Shown piece by piece: positions 13,535-26,412 of a stretch of 64,000 nucleotides of DNA. The stretch is taken from contig OX597817.1 in the NCBI GenBank assembly GCA_951406725.2, forward strand, positions 135,656,001-135,720,000, read 5' to 3'. This stretch comes from Octopus vulgaris (Eukaryota). The position numbers were made by a program, and so were the translations under genes. Numbering within the stretch: position 1 is the stretch's first letter; every line of letters starts with the position of its first letter. The notes below the pieces were generated by a model. It made no database searches and was not told where the DNA came from. It saw only the letters and a list, made by a program, of their open reading frames with translations.

Positions 13535-14085
13535 CATGGCACCTGTGCCGGTGGCATATGTAAAAAGATTCGAGCGAGGTCATGCCAGTACCGCCTGACT
13601 GGCTCCGTGCCGTTGGCACATAAAAAGCACCCACTACACTCTCAGAGTTGTTGGCGTTAGGAAGGGCAACCAGCTGTAGAAACTCTGCCATATCAAGATT
13701 GGAGCCTGGTGCAGCCGTCTGGTTCGCCAGCACTCAGTCATTCGTCCAACCCATGCTAGCATGGAAGGCAGACGTTAAACGATGATGATGATGATGATGA
13801 TGTGTGTGGCTGATGCTGGTGTCACATAACTGGCTCCCATGCCAGTGGCACGTAAAAAGCACCTTTTGAACATTGGGTCACATGGAGACAAAGTGGCTGA
13901 TGCCAGTGGCACGTAAAAAGCACCCATTACGCTCTCAGAGTGGTTGGTGTTAGGAAGGGCATCCAGCTGTAGAAACTTTGCCAAAACAGATTGGAGTTTC
14001 GTGCAGCCTTCCAGCATGCCAGCCCTGGTCAAACAGTCCAATCCATGCCAGCATGGACAATGGGTATTAAAATGATGATGATGAT
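13535..14085 (+). mobile_element. Two consecutive RTE 3'-UTR fragments
   Basis: Each ends in ccatgc..gcatgga...(gat)n. Confidence 0.75.
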
Positions 14086-14364
14086 GTGTATAGTGAAAAG
14101 GTTCAGTAAAAATTTTTTTCTATGAAGTGAATTGTTGTAAACAATATAAAACAAAGCAAAATCCACAAAACTTTGATGCTGGATAATATATATCATCAAC
14201 ATCATCATCGTTTAACGTTTGCTTTCCATGCTAGCATGGGTTGGACGATTTTGACTGAGGGCTGGTGAACCAGATGGCTGCACCAGGCTCCAATCTTGAT
14301 TTGGCAGAGTTTCTACAGCTGGATGCCCTTCCTAATGCCAACCACTCCGAGAGTGTAGTGGGTG

Positions 14365-14416
<52 letters not shown>

Positions 14417-14454
14417 ATGCTAGCATGGAAAATGGACGTTAAGTGATGATGATG

Positions 14455-14485
<31 letters not shown>

Positions 14486-14510
14486 TACATATATATATAT
14501 ATATATATTT

Positions 14511-14565
<55 letters not shown>

Positions 14566-15117
14566 TAGATAATCATCATCATCATTGTTTAACGTCCGCC
14601 TTCCATGCTAGCATGAGTTGGATGGTTTGACAGGAGCTGACCAGGCAGAAGACAGCTCCAGACTTCTGTGTCTGGTTTTTATGGCTAGATGCCCTTCTTA
14701 ACACCAACCACTCTGCTGAGTGGACTGATTGCTTTTTATTTGGCACCAGCGTGCAGGCAAGGTCAGTTTTTGGCATGATTTTTACAGCTGGATGCCCTTC
14801 CAAATGCCACCCACTTTATAGTGTGGACTGGATGCTTTTTACGTGGCGCCAGCACTGGCAGGGTCACTAAGTAACTTGCAAGACAAAGAACCTTTGAGAG
14901 GGCTGGGGAGAATTGGATGAGGTGATCTTGAGTCAGATGGTGAAAGATTAGAGTGTGACAGAGAGACAGAAACAGGTATTTTGCTGTCAAGGTGGTTGCC
15001 TTGCTGGAGAGAGAGAGAGGGTGATCAAAAAAGAGGACAAATATTTAGATAGTTGACCGGTTTCACTTGTGCTAATCATGACTAGGAAGATAGTGGTAAT
15101 ATTACAAGTTGATTATT

Positions 15118-15485
15118 TACATTTTTTACATTGGATGGATATGTGTCCTCATCTTGTTTGTTGTTATAAGCCCTGAAATCCACTCTATATTTGCCCACGG
15201 GCATATAGCTTAATGGTTAAGAGTGTGGACTACTAACTCCAAGATTCTGAGTTCAATTCCAGGCAGTGCCTTGAATAAATAATAATAATAATAATAATAA
15301 CATCAGCAAAAAAATACCTTAGGAATGAAAACCCAGGGTTGGGTTCAAAATTCTACCAGGACACCTGATGAAGGCTGGAGAGTAAATCAGCCGAAACATT
15401 GTGGTAACAACAGACAAGATGAGGACACATATCCATCCAATGTAAACAATGTACAGAATTTCTCATCTCAAAAGTATAGAACAGT
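15118..15485 (+). mobile_element. Small element: inverted tail copy, tRNA-like head, (AAT)n, hammerhead-like motif, tail (Penelope-like architecture)
   Basis: Inverted arms 15118-15166 and 15405-15453 (47/49). A box tagcttaatgg and B box gagttcaattcc in 15199-15270. CTGATGA-stem-GAAAC at 15365-15397. Confidence 0.7.
15361..15405 (+). ncRNA. Minimal type I hammerhead ribozyme-like motif
   Basis: acac-CTGATGA-a-ggctgg(agagtaaa)tcagcc-GAAA-c-a-T-T-gtg. Core boxes and stem II intact; stem III ACAT and a short stem I suggest this copy is degraded. Confidence 0.6.
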
Positions 15486-15569
15486 ATGTTACAAGTTTAT
15501 TCTATCACAAGATGTTTATATTCCATGTTAGTTGGAGGATGGATATTTTGTATATATATATATATATTA

Positions 15570-15814
15570 GCACATAAAAAAAACACCATCCGAGCGTGGC
15601 CGTCTGCCAGCCTCGTCTGGCACCTGTGTCGGTGGCACATAAAATCACTCACTACACTCTTGGAGTGGTTGGCGTTAGGAAGGGCATCCAGCTGTAGAAA
15701 CATTGCCATATCTGACTGGCCTGGTGCAGCCTTTGGGCTTGCCAGACCCCAGTTGAACCGTCCAACCCATGCTAGCATGGAAAGCGGACGTTAAACGATG
15801 ATGATGATGATGAT
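15570..15814 (+). mobile_element. RTE 3'-UTR fragment
   Basis: Same family, (GAT)n tail. Confidence 0.8.
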
Positions 15815-15881
15815 AATTATTATATTATATTTATCATTCATTTTATACTTTTTGAAATAAAATAGATAAATAAACATAAAA

Positions 15882-15916
<35 letters not shown>

Positions 15917-16107
15917 TATATTATATTATATTATATTATATTAATTATATATTATTTGTTATTTATGTATTGGTTTATGTCTATCACTGTTTGAGTTGCC
16001 TAATAGTGGTTTTATCTCTAATCCATATTTTATATATTTATGCTGTGAAATTTGATTTAATACTAAATTGAATTTTTCCCTGTAAGTTTGGAGTTATACT
16101 CCCTAAT

Positions 16108-16158
<51 letters not shown>

Positions 16159-16199
16159 GTATTTGTATATGTAATGAATATTTGTGCTTATATTAACAG

Positions 16200-16454
16200 G
16201 ATTTGGAACAACATTACTGGGAAATGGAGCAGGAAGAACGCAGACAACAAACAGGAGTTGATTACAGCTGGCTTGTTAGTAATGAAAGTCGTACATACCA
16301 GATACCTCATGTCGAACGTATGCAACTTGTTAGTTTGTGCCAATTGGTTAAACCTGAAGAATGCAGTTGTATAATAAAGTCATTCCGCAATTGTCTGCTC
16401 CAAGAACCTCCACTTACTGAAGTCACAGCCTTATTCAAACTTTGCATTACACAG
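16200..16454 (+). CDS. RD3: RD3-family protein, coding exon 2
   Basis: aacag|GAT...CAG|gtaaga, 85 codons. Contains the RD3 signature TGVDYSWL, then ERMQL and FRNCLLQEP matching vertebrate ERLQL and FRQLLAEQEP. Confidence 0.92.
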
Positions 16455-16526
16455 GTAAGACCCATGTATATGGTTGTGTGGTTAAAAAGCTTGCTTTGCT
16501 ATCTTATGGTTTTAGGTTCAATCACA

Positions 16527-17450
16527 CTATGAATCACCCTTGGGCACGGAAACCATATAAAAACCTACCACACCCCCACACAAAGAAGTCAAGGGAATTG
16601 CTGTCAGGTGAGTCGGGAGGTCAAATGGCAGGTGCTGTGTGATCAAAGAAATTCTCCGACAGCCAGGCCTAGGTCTTCCGGCTGGTGTGGCGGAGCACAG
16701 AGTCTTGCTTCCACACATACAACCTCCCTGCTTGATCCAAGGCTCCACCACCACACTTAGAACATGGAAGTAGCCATTAGTGTTCAGCCTGAGGCCCTGA
16801 GGGAAGAAGTTGGGTGGCATGACATCACCTTCACTGCTGATGACACTGAAGACCATGATTGTTGTTGGAAATTTCGTCTGTATGACTCTGCGCATGTCCT
16901 TTGGTGAGGCAGCGAGCCACCTTTTGTTCTGGGAGTTGATCTTCTGGTCTTGGCAGAAATTCTTCTCGTCAGAGAAGAACCACAGCATGTTTGGCTCCAG
17001 TGGGTGTTTCAACTTGTTGATCATCTTCTTGATGTGCCTGAGTTGCTTTCCCTGCATCACTTGGTGCAGAAATTGTCCCTTCGTCATCTTCTTTGAAAAG
17101 TAATGAATATCTTCATGCACCACCAACCTCTTGAGCTTTTCATCCACACCTTCCTCTCATCCAGTGGCATGCATTGACTTGCTGGGATCATTGTTGATGA
17201 TCTCTTGAATTTCAGTGATGAAATTTGGCATACTGATAGCATTAGGCATCAGTCATGGGTTTTCTTCTCTGCTGTCACCTCATAACCAAATTCTGAACCT
17301 TCCAGCTCTTTTCTGACCTTTCCCATTATCCTTCTATTGACATTCAGGAAGTTTAAAATCTTGTTTGTCCTTCTGGTGTAGATTTCAAGTACTCCATGCC
17401 TCTCCCACAAATTAGAGGGTCCAAAATTTTCTGTAGTCAATTATTCTGCA
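16527..17450 (-). mobile_element. Decayed Tc1/mariner-superfamily transposase in RD3 intron
   Basis: WFFSDEKNFCQDQKINSQN...IMVFSVISSEGDVMPP, the first Asp of the DDD domain. Frameshifted N-terminal part in ORF 17249-17440. Confidence 0.85.
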
Positions 17451-17777
17451 AAAAATAAAGGAAAAACAGTCATTGTATTTATGAAGAAAATGACTGACAA
17501 TGAATATGTGTTGATCACTCCTGGTTCTAGGATACAAACTTTGTTTTAAAGTGATTTTAATTCAAATTTCCCATCAAAATTTCATGTTAATTTATGTTCC
17601 AAATATCAGCTTAATAAGGACAAACTTATTCTAATAAATTCCTCATTATTTTCAAAATTAATTGACACATGGGCTGTGTATTTCAACAGAAATTTGGTAA
17701 AGAAAGGGTTAACGAAAGCAAACTCTCCAACTGGCAGGTCTGATCTTGAAATTATATCAAAGAAATAATATGTATTA

Positions 17778-18062
17778 CGGAGATGTACTTGCATAGCAAG
17801 TGACTTGATCTGAGGTTGTGTGCTGAAACAAAAACAATTGCAGCATGGGAGGTGTTTATAAGCCATTTAAGAACACACAAAAAACTGTTAGATTCACTTC
17901 AACATTTAAATTTGCAGCAGAGATGTTAGTGAACAGGGCGTGGTTTCAAAGTGATGATAATTTTTTGACACAAATCAAAAAATTAAATTTCAATATTGAA
18001 GTGAATCTAACGGTTTTTTGTGTGTTCTTAAATGGTTTATAAACATCTCCCATGCTGCAAAT
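17778..18062. mobile_element. Older copy of the palindromic Penelope-like element at 63079
   Basis: Shares ggagatgtacttgcatagcaagt...ttgcagcatgggaggtgtttataagccatttaagaacacacaaaa and its inverted copy. Retains agtgaacagg at ~17928. Confidence 0.75.
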
Positions 18063-18154
18063 AATATTAATTAGCTTATTAAAGTTTAAAATAAATACTG
18101 TCCAAAAGAACCTGTATGTTTCCAGTTTGTAATTTTTATTTATTTCTTTGTTAG

Positions 18155-18400
18155 ATTCTTGAAGAACGCCCCAAAGAAGAAACATTCACAGAATGGGTAA
18201 GCACGCGGACGGCTAACTTGATAAATAACATGAAACAACTTCGTCCAAGTCCCCAAGTCTCCCCTATCAATGATGACATAGACATTGAAAAGCAGCAGGA
18301 ATCCTACCCCCTCACCTCATTTGATTCTATGCTTTATTATAAAAACGGAAGCCAGAATATTTATGATTTCACCTACAATAAGCAGTCACAGTTTATATGA
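18155..18400 (+). CDS. RD3: RD3-family protein, last coding exon (ILEERPKEETF...QSQFI*)
   Basis: Acceptor tttctttgttag at 18154, phase 0, in frame with ORF 18218-18400. ILEE and RPSPQVSP parallel RD3 VLER and RARISP. Confidence 0.82.
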   Translation: MLEERPKEETFTEWVSTRTANLINNMKQLRPSPQVSPINDDIDIEKQQESYPLTSFDSMLYYKNGSQNIYDFTYNKQSQFI

Positions 18401-18528
18401 GTCTACTGTACATATGGCTTCATCATTTCTTGTTGTCCTTTAAGTTTGGTGCCATTATCATGTTGAAGCAAGCTGCTATTTTTAAACATTTCCTCGGTGT
18501 TGGAACTGCTCTCTCCATGGCAGTGCGT

Positions 18529-18712
18529 TTAAACCTTTAGCATTGGAATTACTCTGTGAAATGTAATGCTTATTTATTCACATTGTTTTGAATTAATCAT
18601 GCATTATCTCATAGCTTCAAGTGTTGATGATGTGATTGTTTATTTTTAGAATGACATTGTAGGGTAGGTTTGAGAGGCAGGATCTGGATAGTTTAAATGT
18701 TAATGGGTTTAA
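18529..18712. mobile_element. TTAA-flanked MITE (piggyBac-like) in RD3 3' region
   Basis: ttaaacctttagcatt ... aatgttaatgggtttaa imperfect terminal inverted repeat. Confidence 0.5.
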
Positions 18713-18785
18713 CATTGGTTACTCCTATTTCAGACAAATACGGTGTCACTAAATATCTTTTTGCATGTTAACATATCTTAAAATA

Positions 18786-18860
<75 letters not shown>

Positions 18861-21495
18861 AGTAATAATAATGTTAGTTAGAAGAAATGAAGGGACTGTT
18901 CTTCAGTTTATTTTTATGCAGGCACAGAAAGTCTTCATATTTTCCAAGAAATGAAATAAAACAGAATATTTATGTTATTAAATTTAAGAATTTTTCATCT
19001 AGTGCTTGAGAATGCTTGTGCAGTAGAGACACAATTCTTTCAATTCTTCTGACCAACCTTTATTATTATTACCAATATTCTGCATAATACCAAAGATGTT
19101 TTATTCTTTCCTCCTCTACATATATTATGTAGATGGGGTTAAAATCTAAGCCGTGTCCTCTTGGAGCACATTTGCTTATTCCAGTATTCCAAATCCTTAT
19201 TTAGATGTTATATTTATGTGAAGTATGCACTAGAGTTGAAAAGACTGCAAAATATTTTCTGCCGAGTAATAATATCAAAACAGGAGTTTGGAAAATTTGA
19301 ACGTGTTTCATTTTCAAATTAATTGGAGTTGCAAAATTGCACATGTAGGAGAAACACTGTAGAAATTCTTCAGACAGAGAATCAAATAATACTAATATTA
19401 TTTGGTTCTCTCCTACATGCACAATTTTGTAACTTCAGTTACTGTATTTGATGGCCTATAAGATGCACCTTTTTTTTAAACCCCAAAATGGCTTAAAATA
19501 TCCCCCTGTGTCCAATGCACTCAATGTAGGCTCAAAACGGTATGTATGTTTGCAAAACATGTGCTGCCATCTGTTGGTGAACAATCACCTACAGTATGTT
19601 TATATCGAATGTGGATGCAATAAATTGCTTATAATTATACAGGTAAGTGGAGGAATTAAAACATTATTTTAGTGGTAATTTATTTTACAAAAGTATAGCC
19701 TAGGCTAGAGTGCATCCTATACACTCCTGCATCTTATAGGCCATCAAATTCTGTAATTTGAAAATGAAACATGTTTAATGATGAACAAATAATTGCAAAA
19801 CTTTCCTTCTATCTTTTCTTCTGTTGAAATGGAAACATTAGTGGTTTTGTTATCATTAATTTAACCATCTCTTTTTTGTTTTTTGTCAGTTGAGCACTGA
19901 ATAAAAGGCATCTGGGGTGCTGAACTATTTCTAAGGTTGACTTTGGTTTTAGCCTTTTCCAGGTGGGAGTGATAAAATATGTACCAGTGAAATACTGGGA
20001 TTGATGTAATCAGTTGTGCTCTCTCACACAATTTTTGACCTTGTGGCAAAGTTGGGAACCAATATTGCAACTTCAAACAAGATTGTAAATGGCAGAAATA
20101 TTAGAATCACAGACAAAATACTTTGTAATATTTTGCCCTACATCGCCACATTGCAGTTTCAAATTTAATCAAGGTCAAATTTGTCCTTTGTCTATCCAAG
20201 GTCAATAAATAGAATGTCAGTGTATGGCCTTGTGGCAATGAAAGAAACCAATATTTATGGTATCCAATTCTAAGAAAGGAAGAATTTAAGTCATATTATA
20301 TTGAGGACACTGGAATAGAGCATCGGAAACATAAGATCTTTAACTCTTTCACTCCTACCCACCCGAGACAGTACCTGGTTATATGATGCAAACTTCCTGC
20401 TTTAAAAGTGATCTCAGCTAAAAAATCTCCCTCCAAGTCAGTTCATGTTCTAAACAGCAGCTTAAGTTATTTTATTAAGTTCTTCGTTATAATCAAAATT
20501 GCTGTAAACAAAGACAGTGTAATTCAACAGAAATACAGCAACAAAGGGAGGAAATGTCTGCTTATGGTGTAAAAATCAGTTTAAAATTAGGTGGAAAATG
20601 TGAAGTCGATAAGAACTTTATGATTCAAGAGTTTTGCTTTCTCTTCCTCTCTTTATATGTGTGTGTGTGTGTGTGTGCATGCATGCATACATACATACAT
20701 ACATCAACATCATCATTTAACGTCTGTGTTCCATGCTAGCATAGGTGGGACAGTACCACATGAGTCAGCCAGGCCGAAGCCTGCACTAGACTTCTGTGAC
20801 TGTTTTGGCAGGATTTTTACAGCTGGATGCCCTTCCTAACACCGACCACTCATACACACACACACACACACACACATGTGTGTGTGTGTGTGTAAACAAG
20901 ATATAGATACGAATGAAGAATTATACATTTTCAGAACTTGTTTATTACAATATTATTCTCATTGAATCCACTTTCGATTTCAGTCTGACACGTGTTTCTG
21001 CTGCCTTGTGTCCTTTAGGGCATTATACTTTAACAAGAACTTATCTAATACTGAATTCCTTAGTTTGCTTCATCCACACACAGAGGTAAAGCCTGGAACA
21101 AAGCTGCAGAGCAATGTCCACCCTGGACGTATATGTACTGCAACTGAACCATGTAAATGCACATAAATGCTGCATCAAAGAACACTAGGACACTTGACCG
21201 GCAGAAACATATGTTGGATTGGAAATCTAAATTTAATGAGAATAACACTGCAATATTATTGAGGATGTGTAATTCTCCAGTCCTGTTTATGATATCTTAA
21301 TTATAGACTCTGTATGTTGTATGAAATCCAATGAAGCAGACTCAGGATTTATCTGTCGAGTAACATAACTTCCTTGTAATTGCTTATCTGAAACAATTTT
21401 GTATGTTTCCTATCATTCGGTGTGGTTAGTCAGATCCGGATTATATCTAAGTGTTAATAAAGTACCTGCCCAGATTCCAAATCCCTATTCCTTTA

Positions 21496-21533
<38 letters not shown>

Positions 21534-21775
21534 TTGGAAACAGGTGGTGGTTGGTGATAAGCATCCAACCATAGAAATTCTGCTTTGGTGAATTTCGTCT
21601 GACCCATACTAGCATGGAAAAGTGGACATTAAAACACGATGATCATATATTAGCCATTTGCTGTTGGACAACATATTGGTCCATTTATGCTCATCATTTG
21701 TGGTTTCTTTGGCCAGTTTTTATAGCATGTGACATGAGAAGGGACAGCTAGCAACCAACTTAACATTCTCCCCCC

Positions 21776-22334
<559 letters not shown>

Positions 22335-22812
22335 ATTTTAATCCAAACGGGAAACAAAAAAACAACAACAAGGGAACAATTACAGTATTATTATTAATAG
22401 GCGCTCAGGAAATGGAAGCAGGAAGGTATGACGTTTCGAGCGGAGCTTCGTCGGAAACATAAAGAAGGAAGAGAGAGGAAAGAAAGATCCCGGAGCGGGC
22501 AACGGAGATAGAGAAAAAAACGGCTGGTGTTAGCAGAAGCACATGGTGAAAGGCGGATGTTTACGATAACAAGAGCAAAGTGGGTTTTTAAAGGCAAAAG
22601 AGTGGAGACAAGGTTGGTAACGCAACAGATGTGTGTGTATGTGTGAGTGTGTGCGTGTGCGTGTGTGTATGTGTGTGTGTGAGGCGATATATATACATAT
22701 ATATATACATATATATATATATACATATATATACATATATATGCATGTTTACATGTATATATATATGGGGAGAGAATGTTAAGTTGGTTACTAGCTGTCC
22801 CTTCTCATGTTG

Positions 22813-22844
<32 letters not shown>

Positions 22845-25328
22845 TGCTCATAGGTGAAGGGATGGCTGTGTGGTAAAGATTTTTGGCTTGCAACATGTGG
22901 CTTTGAGAAATCTGGTAACGAAAGGGTTGCAAATCATATTTTCTTTACTTGTTTAATTCCTTGGACTGTGGCCATGCTGGGCACCACCTTCACAGCCTTT
23001 GGTCAAGCAAATGAATCCCAGTAATTATTCTTAAGTCTGCTACTTTTTCTATTAATTTCTTTTGATGAGCTGCAAATACAAAACACACACACACACACAC
23101 ACATGTGTATATATGACAGGCTTCCACGCAGTTTCTATCAACCAAATTCACTACAAAGGGCTATAGTAGAAGACACCTACCCAAGGTGCCTCTCAGTGGG
23201 ACTGACCCCAAACCCCTTAGTTTCAAAACAAGCTTCTTTTAAACTCACAGCCATGCCAACACCTGGGAAAATTACTTTGAGCTATACTTTGTAAACGGTG
23301 ATTTAAAAATTATATTTTTATTTCACATAATATCACTAGAATATAGCAAGAGGGCAGACAGGAATTTATAACGTGACTGACCACCTTCACATGGATTTTA
23401 ACAACAAAAGTGAAATGGTTTTGAGAATAGGCAGCAGATTTGGCTTCTTGAGAAATGGCCACCATTTTATGGCATCCATTCCACATATCACAAAATATGC
23501 TTTCATGAAGAAAAATATGTATGTATGTATGTGTGTATGTATATCTATCTATCTATAGATAGATATATATTGAAAGAGAGAGAGTGAAAGAGATTAGTTA
23601 CCATAATCACTAGAATCTAGGTACATCAACAGGTAGGACACCAGAAATGGCCAGGTACAATAACATAGGTGTCACATTGAGGTAAAACAACCATGAAAGT
23701 TTTAAGTGTTGGTAGGATACTGTAGATATGAAAGTACCAAATCCAAATTAAAGCGTAGATCTGACTCAGGGTTGGCTGTAGATGTGGCATAGGTGTAAAC
23801 AAGAACACAAGTAGGGTTTAAATTTGTGATAGCTGTTTTGGTAGAATTGATGTATTTATTGATTACATCATAACATAATCCACTGTCTTTGGGTATATTT
23901 TTAAACAAGCATAAACAGGTGAGGTAATACCTTGACCATGACGAATCCAAACAATGTTGGTTGGATTATACACACACACACACACATGAGTATATATAAT
24001 GTAACATGGCTGTGAAGTTATGGCAATAGGTATCACTCCACATGGGTAAATGAGTTGTGCTCTAACCTCTCTGCTTCACTTTCAGTAGTTATAAGGAACA
24101 ACCAAAATACCTTATAAATCTATTGGCACTAGCAACATTTAAATGTCCAACTGTCCAGATTTTGAAAACCACAAAAAAAAAAAAAAAAATAATAAATAAA
24201 TATAAATTAATAAATAAAGAAGAAAATAAAAAAAAACCCTTTGCAGTATTGCAAGTGTAAGAAAATGGATGCAAAACTAAAAGACTTTTCCCCATTCACA
24301 CAAACTCACATTTTTTATTTACAAAACAGTAAATCTTACATCTACAAGTCAGCCTTCATGTCTGGTGTGAGGAAGATCCAAAGTGATTTAACTATTGTCT
24401 ATTGTTATTTTTGATATCGAGTTATATCTTGTGCAATATTTTTTATCAACTTGTAATAAAGTATTGTGTGTGAATGTGCGTGTGAGTATGTTGTAACTTT
24501 TACTTTCTGTATTAAATAATCAGATTGACATGGCTTGTTTGTTATTACTTTACTTCTGCTTGGTTTGTACCTTTATTTAATCAATTCCAGCTTGACAAAG
24601 CTTTGCATACACCAGTAGATTTATTGATTGCTGTTTAATTAATTCATTCCAGCTTGACAAAGCTTTGCACACCCCAGTAGATTTATTAATTACTCTTGTA
24701 ATATAAGAATGCCAGTTCTTAGTGGGCTGTGAAAAACATAATCAGTATCTATAGTTAATAAAGCATAATGACACAGAAACACACACTACAGTTTGATAAC
24801 ATCATTCATAGACCAGCATATACCCTCCAATTAATTAGTGAAGCTAATTAAACATACTGGATTAGCAAATCCACAAGATTCTACTAGGTTTTGTAAATTT
24901 TATTGACAAAGTAAAAAGCACACGACCAAGAGTGCAAAAATATAAAGTGATAAAAACAACAACCAAAGAAGTCCACAATGAATCCCAATATTGGGAGATG
25001 TGCTGAACTCTGAAGCAGACTATTATCATGGCGAAGATCTCTCCATGATTGACCATGCATGAATGTATTAAATATAATGTATACAGTTCTCTTCATTATA
25101 TTTTAGAGCTTAATTCAATGAAGTTGGTCCATTTTGGCATTCAACTAATATGCAGATTGGCTGAACAGAAATTTGCATCGTTAACTTTTTTCTGGAAAGG
25201 TATCTAGTCTTTGCTAAGTTTGCCTTGAGGGTTCTGGATTCTAGGTTTAGCTTCCATATTTGGAATTTCTTTTCTACCTGGACACCCATGGGTCATATGG
25301 ACACTGGTTGAAAACCATTGGTCTACAG

Positions 25329-26057
25329 CAGGGGTTGCCAAACTTTTTCAACTATCTAGCCTGGCCCCTGTGCCGGTGGCACGTAAAAAGCACCATCCGA
25401 CCGTGGCTGTTTGCCAGCCCCGTCTGGCACCTGTGCTGGTGGCACGTAAAAATCACCCACTACACTCATGGAGTGGTTGGCGTTAAGAAGGGCATCCAGC
25501 CATAGAAACATTGCCAGATCAGACTGGGCCTGGTGCAGCCTTCTGGCTTCCCAAACCCCAGTTGAACCGTCCAACCCATGCTAGCATGGAAAGCGGACGC
25601 TAGATGATGATGATGACCCCCTTTAGTCACATCGAACACCTTCCTCGTTTAGAATATCTTAATACCCTACCCTACCAAACAATATTTTAAATGTGTGCCG
25701 GGTACTGATGCTAGCAATTAAAATGTTAGCTAAAAATATACCTGTACGACAAATTAAGAAATTCTATTGAAGACGACACACTTTTTACATTTAAAACTAC
25801 ATTTATGAGTATACAGTATTAAATTTTCAATTTTTATGAAATTGTTTTCATGGTTAGAAAATGTGAAAAATACATTTTATTGCTGGAATATTCTTTATTG
25901 GAACTGACAACATCGATGTGAGGGATGGGCATGGCGCTAAGTATTTCAAGCAGTTCATCTAGGTGAGCTGGTCTTTCACATGCCGGCCCCCATTCCACTC
26001 CCTGTAATTCCTCACTGACCCCTAGGGGGTCCCTTGGACCCTCTTTGGCGACCCCTG
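25329..26057. mobile_element. hAT-type non-autonomous transposon with nested RTE 3'-UTR fragment (25354-25617)
   Basis: TIR caggggttgccaaa / tttggcgacccctg. Perfect 8-bp TSD gtctacag at 25321-25328 and 26058-26065. Confidence 0.85.
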
Positions 26058-26199
26058 GTCTACAGTAAGAAGCAACACAACAAAAATGTTGAGTTAGACT
26101 AGACACTTTGTTAAATGATAGCAACAGATTTGACTTTGATAATGGCCAAATGGCAGTGGTGTTAAAGAGGAACAACATACAGCCTATATACATTGAAGT

Positions 26200-26412
26200 T
26201 AAGGCAGCGAACTGGCAGAAACGTTAGCATGCCGGGCGAAATGCGTAGCCGTATTTCGTCTGCCGTTACGTAATGAGTTCAAATTCCACCGAGGTTGACT
26301 TTGCCTTTCATCCTTTCGGGGTCGATTAAGTTACATACTGGGGTCAATGCAATTTACTTAATCCCTTTGTCTGTCCCCTCTATGTTTAGCCCCCTGTGGG
26401 CAATAAAGAAAT
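26200..26412 (+). mobile_element. tRNA-derived SINE monomer (Meta-domain-like body)
   Basis: Head aaggcagcgaactggcagaa, B box gagttcaaattcc, tail aataaagaaata. Confidence 0.85.

Noticed and set aside
15199-15270. Possible tRNA gene
   Set aside because: Acceptor, anticodon and T stems are imperfect and it is embedded in a repeat; treated as an element head.
20975-21480. Minus-strand gaaacacgtgtc (hammerhead 3' half) downstream of possibly Penelope-like decayed coding sequence
   Set aside because: No CUGANGA box or stem II found and no convincing protein motif.
24570-24690. ~61-bp direct duplication
   Set aside because: Two copies only; ordinary local slippage.
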